This document shows positions 57,313 to 64,000 of a stretch of DNA of 64,000 bases, piece by piece. The notes under the pieces are model-generated. The model was not told the origin of the DNA and searched no databases. It saw nothing but the letters and a program-made list of their open reading frames with translations. Numbering within the stretch: position 1 is the stretch's first letter; each line of letters starts with the position of its first letter. The position numbers were made by a program, and so were the translations under genes. The DNA is from Eledone cirrhosa (taxonomy: Eukaryota). Where the stretch lies: NCBI GenBank assembly GCA_964016885.1, contig CAXHJY010001100.1, positions 124,001 to 188,000 of the forward strand, in the 5' to 3' direction.

Positions 57313-57719
57313 TGACAAATGGAAACAAAGAGTATATGCCCCAGTTTAGTCTTCTGGTACATTCTTTGTCGACCCCGAAAGTTTGAAAGGCAACGGAAAG
57401 CTCATCGGAAGATGCAAAAATCCACAACAAATAATCTAATCTAATCTGGCCGAGTTTACACTCGCAAATACGAAGACCCAGGGCCGCCTCTAATTGCATT
57501 GGATTTGGTGTATTTCATATTTGTTTCGGTTGATGAATACAATCAGGGGTCGCTGCTTCTCCTGAAGGTCAATAGTTCTCTTCTAACTCGAGCGGGAGCG
57601 CCTTTCCATTGTCAATTTGCATTGATCATGTGCAAAGCCACATTGTTCTCAGAACCACTACACCAGTCTTTCGATGTGTGCAGCTGGAACTACTGCCACT
57701 CATTGATTTGGCAGGATCA

Positions 57720-58015
57720 CAACTCATTTCTACAGCTGAGTAAACTGGAGCAACGTGAAATAAAGTGTCTTGCTCAAGGAAGACGGCTAAAAATTAACAG
57801 CTGCTGTTCCAGAAGGCCGCCTGTATATATATACACACACACATATTCTTTTTAAAGGCGATCGGACCGAGGGAACAATGTTTCCGTTGGTCTTTCCAAT
57901 TGCTAATACTATCTATCGGTCGCAACTCTAGGTAGAAGGAGCAACGTGAAATAAAGTGTCTTGCTCAAGGACATAACGCGTCGGCTGGTCCAGGAATCGA
58001 ACTCACAATCTTACG

Positions 58016-58018
<3 letters not shown>
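57720..58018 (-). mobile_element. CORE-like SINE split by an insertion
   Basis: ggagcaacgtgaaataaagtgtcttgctcaagga occurs twice (about 57747 and 57938); B box reverse complement ggaatcgaac. Confidence 0.65.
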
Positions 58019-58068
<50 letters not shown>

Positions 58069-59366
58069 CTTTCGATGCGTGTAGGTGGATTGACTGCCGC
58101 CCATTGATTTGGCAGGAGTTTTATTTTTTGCCGTATTAGTTCTTCCGCCCTTTGTCAGGTTTTGTTTTTGTACCAAATCACCCTCCTCACCAAGTAAACA
58201 TGGTGGGGTTGCCGGTTCCGTCGCTGGTTCAGTCGTCGACGACCCGACCATACGACAGGTTATACTGTGTTACACGTTACCAGTAGCGCTCAAGAATGAC
58301 CTGACAACAAATAACCAACATCGAAATAACTCTACAACTACACTCCTTCAAAGAATATGAATCAAACATTTCTTTTGCTAACTCCATGTACTTCCATTCC
58401 AATTTATGTTCGAGATAAAAGCTTGTGTAAATCAAAGGCAGAAAGAAGTTCTTTGGAATAAATAATTAAATAGCAACTTAGTCTTCCGCCAACAGCAGAA
58501 CTGTCGAAAGCGAATAATTGATATTTATCATATTTGCACTATACTATCTTGATAATTTGTTACTATAGTTTCGCAGGATCCCGATGGATATATGGCCATA
58601 TTTATGTAGAATATCAAGAAGGATAATTCTATATCCAACAGTGAAAAATTCACATTAAGGCGTAATGCTAAGACGTTGTAAATGAGAAACACAAAAGCTG
58701 GATATTCAGTTGATGTTTGATAACATTCATGTGTTTTCATCGTGCTTGCATAGTTAATTCTAGGAAGTTTCATTATAAGTTGCATCAATTTTCCTTACGC
58801 TTCCACATTTTAAATTACTGGGCTGCATTTTAAATTACAGACATTTCCATATTGACTAATGACTAAAAATACATCATAGCATATTATAGAATATAGGAGG
58901 ACATTTATATGAACGCTATAGCATTACAAATGAAACAGATGTTCTCTGAATTGATCAAATAACCTTTGATCAGCTTTGCCTATATGTAAGATAATTCGGC
59001 TCTTCTAGTTGTTAGAATATATTTCCGTATAAAATATGTCTTTAAGTATCTTGTCATATATTTCATAATTCTGGAAATGGCAAAGAGATTGAGGCTTCTA
59101 TAACCGTGTACTTAAGAGGTTTGCTTCACAAACACATAGTTCTCGGTTCGAGCACTTTCCTTTCGTTTGATCTGTTTAGCTTGCTTCGTTTTTTTGGTTT
59201 CGGTAGCTGATGGCTTCTTGACTGCCGTTTTCAGTTTGTTTGGCCTCTATAACCTATGTTTATTGCTCTGATCTTCTCTTAGTCCATTGAGCGCTTGCCG
59301 CATATCTCGAAAATTACATTTCGCTTTGTTTTTGACCACTGCCGAAATTCGATCTCGCTGAAATTA

Positions 59367-59427
<61 letters not shown>

Positions 59428-60135
59428 ATTAACACTCCCCGACTCTCTATATCTACTACAGGGGACTCTCGTCCGATCCCCCTCTCTATATCAATTATCA
59501 CCAAATTCTCCCCCTCTCTACATCTACTACACAGCACTCTCTTCTAATCCCCTTCTCTACATCAATTAACACCAAACTCTTCGCTCTCTTTATATCTACT
59601 ACACGGAGCGCTCTTCCAGCCCCCCCCCCCCTTTATATCACTTAGCACCAAACTCTCTCCCACTCTATATCTACCATACAACGCTCTCTACCAATCTCCC
59701 TCTCTATATCAATTATCACCTGCTCAACCGTTCAACCGCTCAACTGCTCAGCTGCTCAACTGCTCAGCTGCTCAACCGCTCAATCACTCAACTGGTCAAC
59801 TGTGGTGAAACACAATTCGCAGCCGCTATCGTTTAAGTGTTCAGTGGTCAGATATGTTTGATCACCTGACCAACTGTAATCAGTAACAGTAAGTGTCAGG
59901 ATTTCTCTCAAATCCAGACGACAGTGTGTGAATATAGAGAGAAGAAGAAAAAAATCAACAATTAACAGACCAGGTATATATGAATTTATACGACTGTCAT
60001 AACTAACCAATAGGGAGGAAGCTGTTTCGTTGCCTAGGAAACAGTTTTCTTGGTAACTAAGCTTCTACTTTTGTTAGATACGATCGATTCATCAATATTC
60101 TATAAACCATAACAAGTTGGTAATTCTATAACAGC

Positions 60136-60190
<55 letters not shown>

Positions 60191-60600
60191 CACTTTCTTT
60201 ATTAACCAGTCTATATAATAGTATTTTAACGTTTTATAATCGTGCGTAAGGTAACACACACACATATATATGTACGAGTGTGTATATATGTATGTATATA
60301 TATATATGTATATATATATGTATATATGTATATATGTATGTATGTATATATATATATGTATATATGTATATATGTATGTATATATGTATGTATATATGTA
60401 TATATGCATATATGTATGTATATATGTATATATGTATATATGTATGTATGTATGTATGTATCTATCTATCTATGAGTGTGCGTGTGCGTGTGTGTTTGTT
60501 TGTATGTTTGTCTGTGTGTGTGTGTATGTGTGTGTATGTATGAGTGTATATATATATATAAATATATATATATATATGTACATATATATATATCTATATA

Positions 60601-60685
<85 letters not shown>

Positions 60686-60724
60686 GTGTGTGTGTGTGTG
60701 TGTACATGTACGTGTTATAAACAT

Positions 60725-61665
60725 AGAGTTAGAGAGGTGGTAAGGAGAGCTACAGAAGATGAGAGCTCCAGATATAGAGAGGTTGTAAGAAGGAGAGCTC
60801 TAGAGATAGAGAGGTGGTGAGAAGGAGAGCTCCAGAGATAGAGAGGTGGTGAGGAGGAGAGCTCAAGATATAGAGAGGTGGTGAGAAGGAGAGCTCCAGA
60901 GATAGAGAGGTGGTGAGGAGGAGAGCTCAAGATATAGAGAGGTGGTGAGAAGGAGAGCTCCAGAGATAGAGAGGTGGTGAGGAGGAGAGCTCAAGATATA
61001 GAGAGGTGGTGAGAAGGAGAGCTCTAGAGATAAAGAGGTGGTGAGAAGGAGAGCTCCAGATATAGAAAGGTGATGAGAAGGAGAGCTCCACAGATAGAGA
61101 GGTGGTGAGAAGGAGAACTCCACAGATAGAGAGGTGGTGAGAAGGAGAGCTCTAGAGATAGAAAGGTGATGAGAAGGAGAGCTCCACAGATAGAGAGGTG
61201 GTGAGAAGGAGAGCTCCAGATATAGAAAGGTGATGAGAAGGAGAGCTCCACAGATAGAGAGGTGGTGAGAAGGAGAACTCCACAGATAGAGAGGTGGTGA
61301 GAAGGAGAGCTCCAGATATAGAAAGGTGGTGAGAAGAAGAGCTCCAGAGATAGAGAGGTGGTGAGAAGGAGAACTCCACAGATAGAGAGGTGGTGAGAAG
61401 GAGAGCTCCAGATATAGAAAGGTGATGAGAAGGAGAGCTCCACAGATAGAGAGGTGGTGAGAAGGAGAGCTCCAGATATAGAAAGGTGATGAGAAGGAGA
61501 GCTCCACAGATAGAGAGGTGGTGAGAAGGAGAACTCCACAGATAGAGAGGTGGTGAGAAGGAGAGCTCCAGATATAGAAAGGTGATGAGAAGGAGAGCTC
61601 CACAGATAGAGAGGTGGTGAGAAGGAGAACTCCACAGATAGAGAGGTGGTGAGAAGGAGAGCTAC
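60725..61665. repeat. 32-bp purine-rich minisatellite
   Basis: gctccagagatagagaggtggtgagaaggaga repeated. Confidence 0.92.
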
Positions 61666-61762
61666 AATGGTGGTTAGTAATAAACTGTAGCAGACCTGTA
61701 AATGTAATGAAGCAAATATTTTGTATGAGTAAATATGTATCTATATATTTGTACAGGTAGAA

Positions 61763-61851
<89 letters not shown>

Positions 61852-61895
61852 ATTTATTTATACATATTTATATATATATATTTATACATGCATAA

Positions 61896-61951
<56 letters not shown>

Positions 61952-61957
61952 GCATAA

Positions 61958-62079
<122 letters not shown>

Positions 62080-62085
62080 GCATAA

Positions 62086-62139
<54 letters not shown>

Positions 62140-62231
62140 ATGTATATATATGTATATATATATAGAGAGAGAGATATGTATAAATATCTACATACATATA
62201 AGTATATATATATACATACACACACACACAC

Positions 62232-62278
<47 letters not shown>

Positions 62279-62377
62279 CATACATACATATATATGTGTA
62301 AATATATATATATATATATATACATATATACATACATGCATATATACATATACATATATATATTCATATATATGTTA

Positions 62378-62428
<51 letters not shown>

Positions 62429-63071
62429 TACATTCGCACACAGACACACACACACGCACACACACACACGTGCGTATGCTTGAAAATATGCGTGTTTGTC
62501 AGCAACAGTCAAGTGTATGGTTGCAACGTCGGTGGATGAACCGGCAGCGTATAAGTGTTCAAACATTGTCTATTGAATCGACATATTAAGTTCTGATACA
62601 CTTTGATCTCACTTAATGAACAACCGGAATTTCTTAGAAGTTCAATATCTTTTTATCACGTCTTGATCAAATTAAATGAAGTACAACCAACCTGTAAATA
62701 TCAAGTAATCTTTCATACTTCATATATCTACACCTATATTTCTACCAATAGATCATATCATATACACACTTGCCTCTTTTTCTTCATCACTAATTCCCAT
62801 TTACCTTTTCTTGAAAATCTACCATTTTGAAATATTCACGTATTTTCTTGTTGATATAGTTTTTCCCTATTTCTTTGTCTTGTTAATGAAACACAGTCTG
62901 TAGATAACAGTATATTGTGTATTATTCTACCTCAATGCTCATTATACAATTAAATGTGTCTTTGGTCTGCCATATTCTCGTAATTCCCGAGAGAGTCATA
63001 CGAGCGCCATATTGACAGACGACATTTATAGAGCATTATAAAGCATTATAGAGCATAATATATATATATAT

Positions 63072-63234
63072 ATAACGAAGGAAATGTGGTAAGGAACCAG
63101 GTGGACCATAACGCACCAAAGTACTCAATACTTAGGGTAGTAGAGTGGGTAATAGGAACAAGTATGACCCCGACGGCAGAGCTCAAGCCGTTTCGACGGC
63201 TAATACTGGGCCGAGTCGGGGTCATACTTGTTCC

Positions 63235-63237
<3 letters not shown>
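63072..63237. mobile_element. Hairpin element family A with short inverted arm
   Basis: The inverted arm begins at gtc-gggg (63215), the predicted cleavage triplet. Confidence 0.72.
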
Positions 63238-63272
<35 letters not shown>

Positions 63273-63367
63273 CAAAATTAAATTAAGGGTTGTCATGTCT
63301 GAGAGACATGCGCCATATCCACTGTAGAATAAGCTCAAAGATTCCAATGAATAGATCCAAGCATTTC

Positions 63368-63770
63368 ATATCAACTAGAAATAGATTGACATATATATAT
63401 ATAAAATAAACATATGAAACAATCACAGGGAATAATTTGTAAAGAATCTAAGAACACATAGCTAGTCATTCACAGATTTGCATTTGCTTTGTAAACGCAG
63501 ATAGCTATTTTCTTCTCCTTTGGTGACCATCCAGGATTTGACTACTGTGATTTACTGATTAATTGGTGAAATATATTTTTTACTTAAAGAAATATATACA
63601 AAGGAGATTAATCATTTTAAAAGGTATCTATATTTGAAGTTCTAGTTAAACTTTAATTGGTTACCTACCTAGCTATGTGTGCCTACATTCTTTACAAATT
63701 ATTCCCTGTGATTGTTCCATATGTTTATTTTATATATATATATATATGTCAATCTATTTCTAGTTGATAT
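63368..63770. repeat. Fold-back with ~100-bp arms between TA tracts
   Basis: 63368-63465 vs 63669-63770 (atatcaactagaaatagattgac / gtcaatctatttctagttgatat). Confidence 0.8.
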
Positions 63771-63891
63771 ATATATATATATATATATTAAAATAACAGA
63801 TTAAAGTTTAAGCAAAGAATCGCTGCTTTCACCCTTAACGGGATCTTCTGAAACTAACAAAGTCAATCTGTGAACGCAGAAGTGAATATTT

Positions 63892-64000
<109 letters not shown>

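Noticed and set aside
58065-58300. GC-richer segment, possibly a LINE 5' end or HDV-like ribozyme
   Set aside because: I could not assemble the nested pseudoknot or a protein motif by eye.
63815-63852. Minus-strand CAGAAGA-tccc..gggt-GAAA hammerhead-like motif
   Set aside because: Core mismatch and no clear stem I or III.

Overview
This is AT-rich eukaryotic repetitive DNA, with no host gene, rRNA, intact tRNA or CRISPR array that I can support. The SINE types and extreme (TA)n/(CA)n/(GA)n load suggest an octopus or other cephalopod genome (inference). Nearly all listed ORFs are microsatellite artefacts; the only real coding remnants are broken RTE-clade LINE fragments. Other content: many tRNA-derived SINEs (Meta-domain and CORE-like), a hAT MITE, a piggyBac-like MITE and about a dozen minisatellites, several derived from SINE or LINE pieces. 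The main hidden signal is a set of short (100-500 bp) non-coding fold-back cassettes from at least six sequence families, sitting in (TA)n tracts. Most carry a type I hammerhead ribozyme core (CUGANGA..GAAA..UH), often with a palindromic stem III loop. They share one architecture: a long arm and a short inverted arm, head-to-head, with the short arm ending at an internal TA-like site. This fits Penelope-like pseudo-LTR or retrozyme-like RNA elements. All structures were read by eye and not computed.
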